Source: Bugula neritina
Taxonomy: Eukaryota > Animalia > Bryozoa
NCBI GenBank assembly: GCA_964035545.1
Contig: OZ037771.1
Location: 14,941,133-15,005,132 of the forward strand
DNA length: 64,000 nucleotides
Reading direction: 5' to 3'
Numbering within the stretch: the stretch's first letter is position 1; each line of letters begins with the position of its first letter. The translations under genes and the position numbers were made by a program. Below, piece by piece: positions 13,143-24,793 of this stretch. The notes under the pieces are model-generated. The model ran no database searches. It had not been told where the DNA came from and saw only the letters and a program-made list of their open reading frames with translations.

Positions 13143-16100
13143 ATGTCAACGCACTCAGAAAATGGCACTGGAGCAACCAGAAAGAGTATTAGGCATAAAG
13201 CGCTGACACAAAAGGCCCAGGAAACTCTAGTGCAGGAACATGTGGAAATTTTAGGCCAGGTTATTAAAAAACAGGTATCTAAAAATAAAAATATTGAAAC
13301 CAGAATAGCTGACCAGCCTAGTTGTATTGATAACGATTTATTACAGGACGTGAAAAACAGTTTAGCACTCATTGATGCTATGTACAACGAACTTACTACT
13401 AACAAATATTATAGGGCTGATACTTATACTGAATTGAGAAAAACTATGGATAGATTGCATGCCGATCAAGATTATCTCATCCAAAAGATGGAAAGACAGC
13501 TTTATTTTAAAACACATGATGATGTTCATTCTAAATCAAGTAAATCTAGTTTCATACACAAAAGTTTAAGTGATGTCTCTTCTACCAAAACAACTACATC
13601 CTCTAGGCGGTTACGAGAAGCTGCGGCCAATGCTGATGCTAGGAGAATCGAACTACAAGCGAAACTTGAAGCCGAAAAGATAAATGAAGAGTTAGAGATT
13701 CAAGAACAAGAACTTGCCTCCAAGAAGCGACAAGCCAGCCAAAAAAAGATAATGCTGGAGCTAGAAGCTGAGAGGCAGAAATCTCAACTTCTCAACAATG
13801 CAGCAGAGGAGAACGAAAGTGAGAGCAGTCTCTTTCTGACACCCTCAAAACAACAACCACCACTTCAACAACATCTCATCTTCAATGAAACACCTCTTTA
13901 CCACAATACAAATCTCAAATCCCATCAAGCTGAAGTACCCCTGGCAGTAAGTAGACCAACTGAACAACCATCCGAAGCTTCTTCATCATTACGAAAGACA
14001 TCAACAACTCATCTCAACACGTCTGCAGAGACAATAACCTCTGATACAGCAACTCTAATCGATGCAATTACTAAATCCATGAACACCACTAGAATGCCCA
14101 TAGCAGAACCCATAGTCTTTGATGGTGACCCCCTGAAGTACAACAAGTGGAAGCGGAGTTTCAATGCTCTGGTATCTCGCAAGGCCTTGTCAGATGAAGA
14201 GAGACTGAGTTATCTGATTAAGTACATCTCACCAATAGTTGAAGAGACCATATCTGGCTTTCTTGAGTATGATGGAGAAGACAACTACCAAGAGGCCATG
14301 GAAGTTCTAGATGAAAGATTTGGCAACAAATACACACTGATGAAAGCTTTCAGAAGCAGACTGACTAACTGGCCAAAAATTCAACCAAAGGACGCCGTCC
14401 AAACCAGAAAGTTGGCAGATGCCTTAAAACAATGCCTTGGAGCTATGAAGAGTATTCCCGAGCTACAAAGAATGAATGATTACACTGAAATAGAGCACAT
14501 TGTAGAAAAGCTACCAGAAAAGATGATAGATAAATGGACTGCTAAAGTGGTGATGTTGGAAGAAAAAGAAGATCGATACCCATCCTTTGAAGAGTTGGCT
14601 GCATTTGTTAAGTCTCAAGCTAAGTTTCTTTACGCTTCTCCTAGTTCGAATGTTAACTCTAACAAACCAAATGAGGCTAGCAAAAGTGCTCCTACCTACA
14701 AGACAGTTCGTCAAACTAGCAGCAATTCCAGTAGTAACTCTGATACAATTGGGCCAACATACTCATACAAACCCAAGTGTCTATACTGTCATATGAGCAA
14801 CCACAAAACAGCTGACTGTATAAGCCTTGCCAGAAAGGCACAATCAGAGATAGAGTCCTTTGTTAAGGTTAATAAACTTTGCTTTGCTTGTATAAAGCCT
14901 AGTCACACTAGTGCTCAGTGTCAATTCAGGGCTAACTGCAAAGATTGCCAACGTCAACATCCCACCATAATGCACAATAAATATGTACATCAAACACCTA
15001 ATGGTAATCACCAAAATAGGGAAAGCCAGTCAGAATCAGATGACTCTTGTAGTGAAAAAAAGAAAGAAACAACCACATGTAGAAGTGCTCAGTCTACCAA
15101 TTCAGGTTTGACCTCGATGGTGGTGCCTGTGTGGCTTTCTAGTGCGACCTATCCAGAACACGAAATTTTAGTATATGCCCTACTCGACACAATGTCGGAT
15201 GCCACATTCGTAGCTGAACCTGCAGTTAATCAGTTAGAAACACATGGTGAGCCCACCACACTAAGCATCACAACAATAGCTACAGAAGATGAAGAAATTG
15301 ATTGTGTGCAATACTCAAACCTGTGTGTGAGAGGCTACAATTCAAATGAAAAGATAAAAATTAAACGGGCTTACTCTAAAAAAGAAATTCCACTTGACAA
15401 GTCTCAAATACCCACACAGGGTATGACTGAAGGATGGTCTCACCTCAGGTCAATTGTAGCAGAAATACCACCTGTCCAGGATTGTATCGTAGGGTTGCTG
15501 CTGGGTTTTGACACAGCTAGAGCATTACTGCCACTGCGGTCAATAGCCGGCAAATGTCCAGATGATCCTTTTGCTGTCCAGACACCACTTGGTTGGAGCA
15601 TTGTAGGTCAAGTAAATAAGAAAAAACAAAAACAGAACACCCTGCAAACTAACTCTAAATTTAAAAATGAGTCTCCACCGTGTGCCATCATACGTGCTCT
15701 TGAACAAGACTTTAAAGGTACTGAAGACGCCACATACAATGCTCTTTCCCAGGACGACAACCAATTTCTGGATATTATTCAGAAAGGCATCAAGCAACAA
15801 GAAAATGGGTTCTACACAATGCCTTTACCCTTCAAACAAAAACCAAACATGCCTAACACTAGAAAGATGGCAGAAAAAAGGCTCCACTTGTTACAACAAA
15901 AACTTTCCAAAAACCCAGAATTTAAACAGGAGTATAAAGTCTTCATGAATGACATCATACGTAAAGGACACGCTGAGCCAGTCCCAAATGAAGAGCTTAA
16001 CATTCTGCCACGGGACACGAGCTACATACCCCACTTTGGTGTACGGCATCCAAAGAAACAGAAATTGCGCGTCGTTTTTGACTGCAGTGCTAAAAGTAAT

Positions 16101-19028
16101 GGTATTAGCCTAAATGACCACCTACTTCAAGGACCAGATCAAATGAACCAACTAACCGGAGTACTACTTCGCCTTAGACAAGAAAAGATCGCACTAATGT
16201 GTGACATAGAACAGATGTTTCATAGTTTTAAAGTGAATCAAGCAGATAGAAACTACCTCCGTTTTTTGTGGTATGAAGATGAGGCTCTGACCACAGTGAG
16301 AGAATACCGGATGACAGTGCATCTTTTTGGTGCAACAAGCAGCCCAGGGTGTGCAGCTTTCGGTCTACGCCAGGCGGCAAAGGATCATGTAGAACCGAAT
16401 TGTCGAATCAGTCTCAGAGCTGCAAATTTTATAAGAGAGAACTTTTACGTCGACGATGGCATCCTGAGTGTTCCCACATCAGAAGAGGCCATTGCCGTTA
16501 TTAAAGAAGCACAGCGAATCTGTTCTAAAGCGAATATTCGACTACACAAGGTTGTCAGCAATGACAAGGAAGTGATGAGACACATCCCACAATCAGAACT
16601 ATCAAAGGCTGCTCAAGAGCTAGATTTTACAAAAGAAGCCTTACCAGTAGAACGGGCGCTAGGAGTAGAATGGTGCCTAGAAAGTGATTGCTTTCAGTTT
16701 CAGGTAACCCTGCCCGTTAAGCCAGTAACCAGAAGAGGAATTCTGTCAACTATCGCCTCTGTATTTGACCCCTTTGGTTTTCTGGCTCCTTTTGTACTGA
16801 TTGGAAAAAACATACTGCAAGAAATGTGTCGTGATGGAGCTGGGTGGGATGATGAACTTAAAGAAGAACTGCATGGACAGTGGTCGAAATGGATTGCAGA
16901 TCTCCAAGGCCTTGCCAAAGTAAAGGTTCAACGCTGTGTACTGCCCGAGGATTTTGAAGAGGTACAAGAACAATCGGTTCACCATTTTTCTGACGCAAGT
17001 ACTACTGGATACGGACAATGCTCATACATCAGACTAAAAGACAGCAAGGGAAGAGTACACTGCAGCCTCCTACTTGGCAAAGCACGTGTAGCTCCTCTCA
17101 AAACCACCACTATCCCTAGGATGGAGCTACAAGCTGCCGTGACCTCAGTGAGTGTTGCACAGTACTTGACAAAAGAACTCAGATTAGAAACTGTGGAACA
17201 ACATTATTGGACAGATTCGAAAATTGTTCTAGGCTATGTCAACAACGAAACAAAACGATTCCACGTATATGTTGCCAACAGAGTACAGAAGATTAGAGAG
17301 ACTACAAATCCTAAACAATGGCACTACATCAATACTATGGAAAATCCAGCAGACTTGGCATCAAGGGGCACCTCAGCCTCTAAGTTATCAGATTCTAAAT
17401 GGCTAAAAGGACCAGACTTCCTTTGGAGTGAAAACCTGCCTGATTTTTCAGCGTGTCAAGAGAGTTTTCTTACAAGAGACAGTGATCCAGAAATAAAAAC
17501 CTGTCATCGAATGCAAACTTCTAACTCCACCAGTAGCTGGGTTGACAGGCTATCGAAGTTCTCAGATCTGAATACAGCTGTACGAGCAGTAACAACACTC
17601 CGCAAAGCCTGCCAAAACAAAAGTTTCATAAAAGCCCCCCAAGCAACCGTACAAGATAACGAAGAGACAAAGTTTTTATTTTTCAAATGGGCCCAACAAG
17701 AAGGTTTACCTGACTACAACAAAGTCAAAAACGGCACACTAGACAAAAAGAGTTCATTAAGGAAACTGGATCCGATTATGGATAAGTTTGGATTAGTGAG
17801 AGTTGGTGGACAACTGCAATCTACTGAGCTTCCATATAAAGAGACGAATCCAATAATTCTGCCTCGCCAATCACACATCACTCAATTACTAGTAAGACAC
17901 TGTCATGAAAGAACAGCCCATCAGGGCAAAAATGCTACAATAGCAGAAATTAGGGCATCGGGCTATTGGATAATAGGCTGCACTCATTTGGTAAACACAT
18001 GCATTCACCACTGTGTAAAATGTAGACGACAGAGACGACCTACAGAGACGCAAAAGATGGCTAGCCTTCCTGTAGAACGAACAACACCTGGTCCACCATT
18101 TACGTATGTTGGCTGTGACTGCTTTGGCCCTTTCTATGTGAAAGAAGGCCGAAAAGAGCAAAAACGATATGGCCTTATATTTACGTGTATGGCATCAAGA
18201 GCCGTGCACCTCGAACTATTAGATGATATGAGTACTGACGCATTTATAAACTCATTAAGATGCTTCATAGCTATGCGAGGACCAATAAGGCAGCTAAGAT
18301 CAGACAGAGGAACAAACTTTATAGGGGCAGCAAACGAATTTCACAAAGCCTTGACAGAAAGCGCTAGAAAGCTGGACAACTTTGCACTGCAGAACAACTT
18401 TGATTTTGTGTTTAATCCACCTAACTCAAGCCACATGGGTGGCGTCTGGGAGCGCCAGATCCGTTCAGTACGCAACATCTTGAATTCTATGCTTGCACAG
18501 CACAAGATGAGATTTAACACTAGCACTCTTCGGACCCTCCTGTTTGAGGTTATGGCAATAGTAAATTCCAGGCCTCTAGCTGTAAATGATGACTGCACAC
18601 CATTGACACCAAACCAGTTGCTGACAATGAAAACAAAGGTTGTGCAACCTCCACCAGGAGAATTTGATGACCACGATGTTTATTCCAGAAAACGATGGCG
18701 CCAGGTACAAGGTCTGGCCAACACATTTTGGTCACGATGGCGATTTGAATACCTGCAATCTCTACAGGTTAGACAGAAATGGGAAGGCTCACAGCCTAAT
18801 GTAAAAAAAGACGATATAGTTGTGGTGAAAGATGACCAGTCGGTACGCAACAGTTGGCCGCTGGCTCGGGTAGTGGAAGCTATACCAAGCAGCGATGGCA
18901 AGGTCCGCAAGGTAAAACTACTCTTAGCTGATAGCAGTCTTGATAGAAATGGGAAACGGAGATCTGACTTTAGCTACCTAGAGAGGCCGATTCACTCCAT
19001 AGTAGTAATTCAGAGAGCGCAGTATTAA
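13143..19028 (+). CDS. BEL/Pao Gag-Pol polyprotein (1961 aa)
   Basis: Gag FDGDPLKY..WKRSF; three zinc knuckles CLYC..H..C, CFAC..H..C, CKDC..H..H; protease ALLDTMS; RT FYVDD; Pao RNase H HHFSDAS and WTDS; integrase HHCC plus DCFGP, SDRGTNF, GGVWER. Order PR-RT-RH-IN. Confidence 0.97.
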   Translation: MSTHSENGTGATRKSIRHKALTQKAQETLVQEHVEILGQVIKKQVSKNKNIETRIADQPSCIDNDLLQDVKNSLALIDAMYNELTTNKYYRADTYTELRKTMDRLHADQDYLIQKMERQLYFKTHDDVHSKSSKSSFIHKSLSDVSSTKTTTSSRRLREAAANADARRIELQAKLEAEKINEELEIQEQELASKKRQASQKKIMLELEAERQKSQLLNNAAEENESESSLFLTPSKQQPPLQQHLIFNETPLYHNTNLKSHQAEVPLAVSRPTEQPSEASSSLRKTSTTHLNTSAETITSDTATLIDAITKSMNTTRMPIAEPIVFDGDPLKYNKWKRSFNALVSRKALSDEERLSYLIKYISPIVEETISGFLEYDGEDNYQEAMEVLDERFGNKYTLMKAFRSRLTNWPKIQPKDAVQTRKLADALKQCLGAMKSIPELQRMNDYTEIEHIVEKLPEKMIDKWTAKVVMLEEKEDRYPSFEELAAFVKSQAKFLYASPSSNVNSNKPNEASKSAPTYKTVRQTSSNSSSNSDTIGPTYSYKPKCLYCHMSNHKTADCISLARKAQSEIESFVKVNKLCFACIKPSHTSAQCQFRANCKDCQRQHPTIMHNKYVHQTPNGNHQNRESQSESDDSCSEKKKETTTCRSAQSTNSGLTSMVVPVWLSSATYPEHEILVYALLDTMSDATFVAEPAVNQLETHGEPTTLSITTIATEDEEIDCVQYSNLCVRGYNSNEKIKIKRAYSKKEIPLDKSQIPTQGMTEGWSHLRSIVAEIPPVQDCIVGLLLGFDTARALLPLRSIAGKCPDDPFAVQTPLGWSIVGQVNKKKQKQNTLQTNSKFKNESPPCAIIRALEQDFKGTEDATYNALSQDDNQFLDIIQKGIKQQENGFYTMPLPFKQKPNMPNTRKMAEKRLHLLQQKLSKNPEFKQEYKVFMNDIIRKGHAEPVPNEELNILPRDTSYIPHFGVRHPKKQKLRVVFDCSAKSNGISLNDHLLQGPDQMNQLTGVLLRLRQEKIALMCDIEQMFHSFKVNQADRNYLRFLWYEDEALTTVREYRMTVHLFGATSSPGCAAFGLRQAAKDHVEPNCRISLRAANFIRENFYVDDGILSVPTSEEAIAVIKEAQRICSKANIRLHKVVSNDKEVMRHIPQSELSKAAQELDFTKEALPVERALGVEWCLESDCFQFQVTLPVKPVTRRGILSTIASVFDPFGFLAPFVLIGKNILQEMCRDGAGWDDELKEELHGQWSKWIADLQGLAKVKVQRCVLPEDFEEVQEQSVHHFSDASTTGYGQCSYIRLKDSKGRVHCSLLLGKARVAPLKTTTIPRMELQAAVTSVSVAQYLTKELRLETVEQHYWTDSKIVLGYVNNETKRFHVYVANRVQKIRETTNPKQWHYINTMENPADLASRGTSASKLSDSKWLKGPDFLWSENLPDFSACQESFLTRDSDPEIKTCHRMQTSNSTSSWVDRLSKFSDLNTAVRAVTTLRKACQNKSFIKAPQATVQDNEETKFLFFKWAQQEGLPDYNKVKNGTLDKKSSLRKLDPIMDKFGLVRVGGQLQSTELPYKETNPIILPRQSHITQLLVRHCHERTAHQGKNATIAEIRASGYWIIGCTHLVNTCIHHCVKCRRQRRPTETQKMASLPVERTTPGPPFTYVGCDCFGPFYVKEGRKEQKRYGLIFTCMASRAVHLELLDDMSTDAFINSLRCFIAMRGPIRQLRSDRGTNFIGAANEFHKALTESARKLDNFALQNNFDFVFNPPNSSHMGGVWERQIRSVRNILNSMLAQHKMRFNTSTLRTLLFEVMAIVNSRPLAVNDDCTPLTPNQLLTMKTKVVQPPPGEFDDHDVYSRKRWRQVQGLANTFWSRWRFEYLQSLQVRQKWEGSQPNVKKDDIVVVKDDQSVRNSWPLARVVEAIPSSDGKVRKVKLLLADSSLDRNGKRRSDFSYLERPIHSIVVIQRAQY

Positions 19029-19056
19029 GTTTTGATTCGGCAATCTAAAGCGAATC

Positions 19057-19067
19057 AAAGGGGGGAG
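19057..19067 (+). other. Polypurine tract
   Basis: AAAGGGGGGAG directly abuts the 3' LTR. Confidence 0.9.
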
Positions 19068-20153
19068 TGTAAAGTTAGCACTGAACATAATTAATTCAAG
19101 CAGTAAAAGTAATGTAGTGTAATGAATACATAATAGTTAATCTAGCATTCAGCGTTGCGTTTAGCACAACGTTCCACTCAAATAGGTTATCGCATCACGT
19201 GATTCTCGCCTACGCAACGACTGCTAGTTGTAAATTCATTAATTAGATAACAGCACGCTCTTGCTCATTGGCTGTGGCGTTACGCTTAGGCAGCCCGGAT
19301 GTTTGAGTGCAGACGTTGACCCTACAGTTAGTGGAATAGTAGCGCGCTAGCGATGCAAGCTTATTACATCAATAACATCAGTTTTAAATGATATAATTAA
19401 TGAAATACAAGTGAATTTAAATTGGAATTAACTTAAAGAGACACAGGTTAGTTTTGTTCTTCAGTATTTGTAATAACTTGAAGCTTTCCTTAAGTATTTT
19501 TATCTATTTCAACTATAAGAATAACTATTTGGTTTATTTAACATGTTTATAAGTTTGACAATTTTTAGAATGCCAGTGTGGTCAGTGCATGATAGAATTT
19601 ATGGCTATGTGTTTACTTCATAATAGATTTCTCACAAAATTACAAATTCTTAAGGCAAGCTCTCCAGTGATTGATTAGTTTGTCACTGGATAATATTCTA
19701 ATTGGCAGTTAAAACCTTATTTTACACTTACAGTAGTTTAATGCAGCTACTAATTTAAGTGAACATTGAATATAAGTTTTAATCCCTATCTATGGGCTAT
19801 ACATTCATTCTTACTAATTGTCTTAACATTTGTCTAATTGCAGTTATCACTTAATGTCATTTTTATTATAGTTTGATATTTTTTAGTAGACCTGTAATAC
19901 CGTTTCATAGAAACAAACTTAACCTAGCTAGCCACTAAAAGAAGGCAAGAGGTGATTAATTCAAGATATATATATGTTTGAATATTTTACAATTTCATAA
20001 ATAATTTCTGTTTGTTTTATTTTAAAAACCTGTTATAGTTGCATATATCAATAACCTACTTTTACAGTTTCACCAGGCAGTTGGAATACGTAAAAATAAA
20101 GTTACGAAAACCAACACCAGTACAACTCATCTATAGTTAGTGGCGACGCTACA
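19068..20153 (+). repeat. 3' LTR of the BEL/Pao element
   Basis: Direct repeat of 11367-12452 at constant offset 7701; no difference seen by eye. Confidence 0.97.
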
Positions 20154-23100
20154 ATTATTATTAGTGTTACGATTGTGATTATCATTGGCATTATGCCATT
20201 ATCATTATGATTGTAATACTAATTGCGGTAATTCTAACATTAATTATAATCATAAATTAAAAGGTAATGATTAATGATAATTATTTTTATTTTGTAATCA
20301 TAATGATAATCATAATGATGTAAATTTTGATGTAAATTTTGATGTAAAACCAAAATACTAAAACTAAAAGTAAAAGTTATAAAATTAAATGATAAAATAT
20401 CATAATGATAATTATTATATTTATTATATTATTATTGAATATATTATTTCATTAGAAAATAGGTTGCAGCTTAGCATGATTAAAATTCAGTAAAAATTAG
20501 TTTACCAACAGCAAACATGCATGCGTCTTGTCAACATTCAATTCGTAGTGCCATAGCGAAGCCAGATTACTGGTAGTACGACTACTAGAACTACTACTAC
20601 TAGTGATGGATCCTTGGCGATTTTAGCTGTGAGTGACCTTCACCTCACATTCTCGTCATGTGCGCGGCATTAGACTAAGTAGAGGGTATAAAGCACTGAG
20701 CTGGAAAAGAAATAATATAATTTATTTCAATTATAGGTAATACTAATAGTAATATAATTTATTGTAATATATAGTATTATAATATAGGTAATATTATTGA
20801 GTTCATTGGTATGGAGTATAAACCTATCACTGATAGTATCAGTATCAACTACCACTTACGTACTACTTCAACTTATAACTTACCTTCAACTCAAACTGCT
20901 TGGAATCATTTGTCTTTGATCATATTGTCATTGTGATTGTAATAACTATTAATATTTTTAGTTCAACATCAATGCCGAACATATTGTAATAACTAATAAG
21001 ATAATCATAAGGTTGATATATTTTGCTAATACTAATACTAATAGTAATAGTAATTCAGTGTCACTCTCACTCTGGTGGAGTGAGACTCAGACTTAGAGTT
21101 AGAGACAGAGTGAGTCCGAGTAAGTCTGAGCAGTGAGTGTTGGTAATAGTAATAGTCATATAAATTTAAATTATATTTCTAGCAATCACAATGGCAATAG
21201 TTATAGTAACTTTCACTTACTCTTAAATCATTGAACCTGAACTAAAAGTAAAATTAAGCATTATGATTATGATTATCATTATGATTATACCTATGATTTT
21301 ATTATGTTTAAATTAAAAATCAATATCATGATAATATCATAGTGATAGACATATTATTGATAAATGATAATATAAAAGTAATTTGATAAATTATACATTG
21401 ATTTTGAATTAAGGTGATACTGATACTAGACCGGTACTGAAAGTGATAGTAATACTAATAGTAATAGTAATAGTCATATAAATTTAAGTTATATTTACTC
21501 ATTACTGGCAATCACAATGGCAATAGTAACTTAAACTGTAACAGTAATGGTATGGGTATGTTTGAAATTGTCACTATCAATATTGCTATGAATCAAAATA
21601 TAATGCTATCATACCAATAATTTAAAATAGTATTACAAAGCTTCAGTAGCAACTTTTACTTGTACCAGTTAGGAATTTTGAATTATACATATTCTTAGTT
21701 AAAGTCTTCAAGTTTATTGTCAAAATGAACTTGAAATTAAAGACTTAGTAGTAAAAATTAAACTAAGACTGACTGTAAGTGACTAAGATTAAAAATAAGT
21801 AATTTTAAATATCGATTTAGTATTTTTCTTACTCTTTGTCTTAAAATTGACTTTTATTTTGCACCTACTCCTGGTCAATGATTCTTTTTTCTATTTATAT
21901 TACTATTGCTATTAGTATAATTGACTTAAATTTAATAATAGATATGATTATATCTTTATAAATGTGATATTTGATTTTATGAATAGTAATTCGAAAACTC
22001 TTTGGTATTATTTATTTTTGATCATTGTAGTTATTATCATTATATTTGTATAATAATTATGATTATCAAATTCAATATCGATATTTGTATTATGGTATGG
22101 ATATCTGCCTCCATCCCATGTTCTATTTTGCAGTGCCTTTTTACATTCACGTCTAGGTTCACATTGCGATGGTCATACTGATAGCACTTGGGGACAGTGA
22201 TGAGCATAATGATTATCACTAATATTAAGATTATCGTTATTAGGATTTAGAATTATTTAATAAACAAGCAACTTAAAACAAATGTTTTTACTAATATACA
22301 TATTAATTACTAATATAAATATACTACTATGAATATCATAATTATTATACTTTACAATTCAAAGTAAGATAATCATAATACGAACTGGTAAAACTAAATA
22401 TAAAGTAAATGTAATAATACTAATAGTAGTTATCCATTCCCCTTTGGTTTCACATACTAATAATTGGAAACCTCTGTCCCAATATTATTTCTATTAATAT
22501 TGCTCAAAGTTTGATCCCTATTTAATTTTATAGTTCACTCACCAGCTACATAATTTTATTAAAATACATGTAGTATTGGTTATAGTACTAGTGAAACTTG
22601 AAGTTGAATAGCATGCTTATTACTCACTGCTCTTTGCTTACATTATTAGGGTTACTCTTTAGTCTTAGAGATACCCTAACATAAACTTGAAAGCTGGAGG
22701 TAGTACTAGTCTAGTGCTGTGTTAATCCTACACTGTTGACTTATCAACACTGTGACTATAATTATGACTTCTAAGTCAAAGTCATTTTCATATAGTAGTA
22801 ATCACTATGACAGACTGAAAGTCAGGAAGACTAAATATAATGGTAAAGTGTGTAAGAATAAATCATACTTAATCAATTACTTTTAGTTTTGTTACCAGTG
22901 TTGGGTCAACTTTCAGAATAAAGAATAAATATAATTATAAAGATAAATGGATAAAAATTCCAATCATGGTTTAATGTGCCTATTTTAAGCTGTTAATTTA
23001 ATTACTATAATATAAGTGCCCAAAATACTTTTGATTTTCATAATTATGTTTTAATTTAATACAGATACCATAGTATCATATACAGTAGAATCAGTTGTAT

Positions 23101-23600
23101 CTTATTTAATAATGAAGTAACTTATTGGAGCTTTCACAGTTATTAATTATTCACTTGTTAGTCTTTGAACTAGGACAATGTTTGAAACTTGAAGTAGAAT
23201 GAAGTTTGATTTCAGTTACCGCAATGGTATCTGCAGTCACAATAGGAATACGCATATAACTATGTTTATATTTGTGAAAAACATATAGTCAAAACTAGAT
23301 AAGGTAATAGTAATTATAATTGGTTTCACTTTTAATATATTCCTATAAACTGGAAAATAGACAGAAGCATTTAATCATGAAAGTAAACCTAGTGGAAGTC
23401 AATCAATTCACTAAGTATAGTAAAATATTTACTATTCAGTAAGTTTATTTACTTTAGTTAATTGTACTTGATTATTTCTGTTGGTTTTTCAGTTGATTTT
23501 TCTACCTTTTGCTATAACATATCAAACTACCACAAAGTCATGCTTCCGTATTACAATTATAAACATAGTGTTACTGTGTAATGTTATAGTAATGTAATAG
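20154..23600. repeat. Degenerate AT-rich tri/hexanucleotide simple sequence, right of the BEL insertion
   Basis: Continuous taa/tag/gat/att-type periodicity, GATGTAAATTTT tandem at ~20317, and a ~70-bp direct repeat (~21143 and ~21461). Right boundary approximate. Confidence 0.65.
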
Positions 23601-24504
23601 TAATATTTGGATCATTGTAAGTATTTCTGTTGTTGTACTGATTGGTAAATATTTTTTAGCTTGCATGGATATTTGCAACGATCAAGATGTCATTTGAACC
23701 TGGACTGGAATAAAGATGGCAAATCGAGAAGCTAGCTACAATTATTCTGCAGAAAGAAACTTGGTAAGCAAAAATAAGCTGCAGCATTAAGCAGTAAGCA
23801 ATATGACGATGAACTTTGCTTGATTTTGATTGACCTTAAAATATCTGGTCACCTTTCACCAACGTGGTCCTGCGCGGGTGGCGGGTGACCTTAAAATGTC
23901 TGTTGCGCGTAAAATAAATTTTGTGACAGTCAAAAGTATGCTGATCTTTTTCGTATTTCAGTGCATCGGTGTCTTAGCTTAAGAGCTGAACCCAACAATT
24001 ATGATCTAAAGCTGTTTTTTACTAGAAAGTGATTTTACTGTCTTTCTGATTATTCTTGGTTTTTCAGCTTGATGAATTGAATAAATGGATTTGATTTCGG
24101 GTATTATGTAATGGATGAAAGAATTTTTTCTTAAATTTGTACTGAGCAATTTTTGCTATTGCTATGATGTTTAGTGATAAAATTGCACCCTTAATAACCC
24201 TGAAAACTTTCATTACTAGCATTTGTTTATGTTCATTTTTAGGAAATTAAAATGAAGACACAACTCACCGATGCTATCTCACTGTGCCTGCATGCAGTTT
24301 ACCTAAAAAGGTACTCCTATTAGCTGGCTCTTGCCCAATACCTGGTTGTCTCTGTAACTATTTTTTGCTCGCAGATAAGTTTTTTGAACTTGACATTTTA
24401 TTGATTTTGAAAGTTATAGTGAGCTTTGAACTTGCTAGCATCGTTTTTAAAGACTTGCTGCAGTTTTTATCAACATTTTTTAAGTCAATGGTGTTAGTTT
24501 GGAA

Positions 24505-24793
24505 GCTCTCTCACTCCTCTCTCTGTCTCTTTTTCCCACACCTTCCACTCAACCTCTCTCTCTTTCTCTCCCTCTCTCCCACCCTCCCTCTCTCCCACCC
24601 TCTGTCTCTCCCACCTTCTCCCTCTCTCTCCCACTCTCCGTCTCTCCCACCTTCTCTCTCTCCTAACCTTTCTCTCTTCCCTTTTCCACTATCTCTCTGA
24701 CTCTCTCCCTTTCTCTCTTCTACCCCATCTCTCTTCCATCCTCTCTCCTAACCTTTCTCTCCCACCCCCCTCTCCCACTCTCTTTCTCTCTCT
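24505..24793. repeat. Polypyrimidine (CT-rich) low-complexity tract
   Basis: About 290 bp almost entirely C/T, with ctctccca units. Confidence 0.9.

Larger units (their letters stand above)
11367..20153 (+). mobile_element. Full-length BEL/Pao LTR retrotransposon (8787 bp)
   Basis: Two 1086-bp LTRs with TGT...ACA ends, 5-bp TSD ATTAT (11362-11366, 20154-20158), polypurine tract at 19057-19067 and a single intact gag-pol ORF. Confidence 0.97.

Noticed and set aside
13121-18910. Short antisense and alternate-frame ORFs in the BEL element
   Set aside because: They are shadows of the gag-pol frame.
24284-24700. 138-aa ORF with an S/P/L-rich end
   Set aside because: Its 3' half is the CT-rich tract, which lacks stop codons by composition; no motif recognised.
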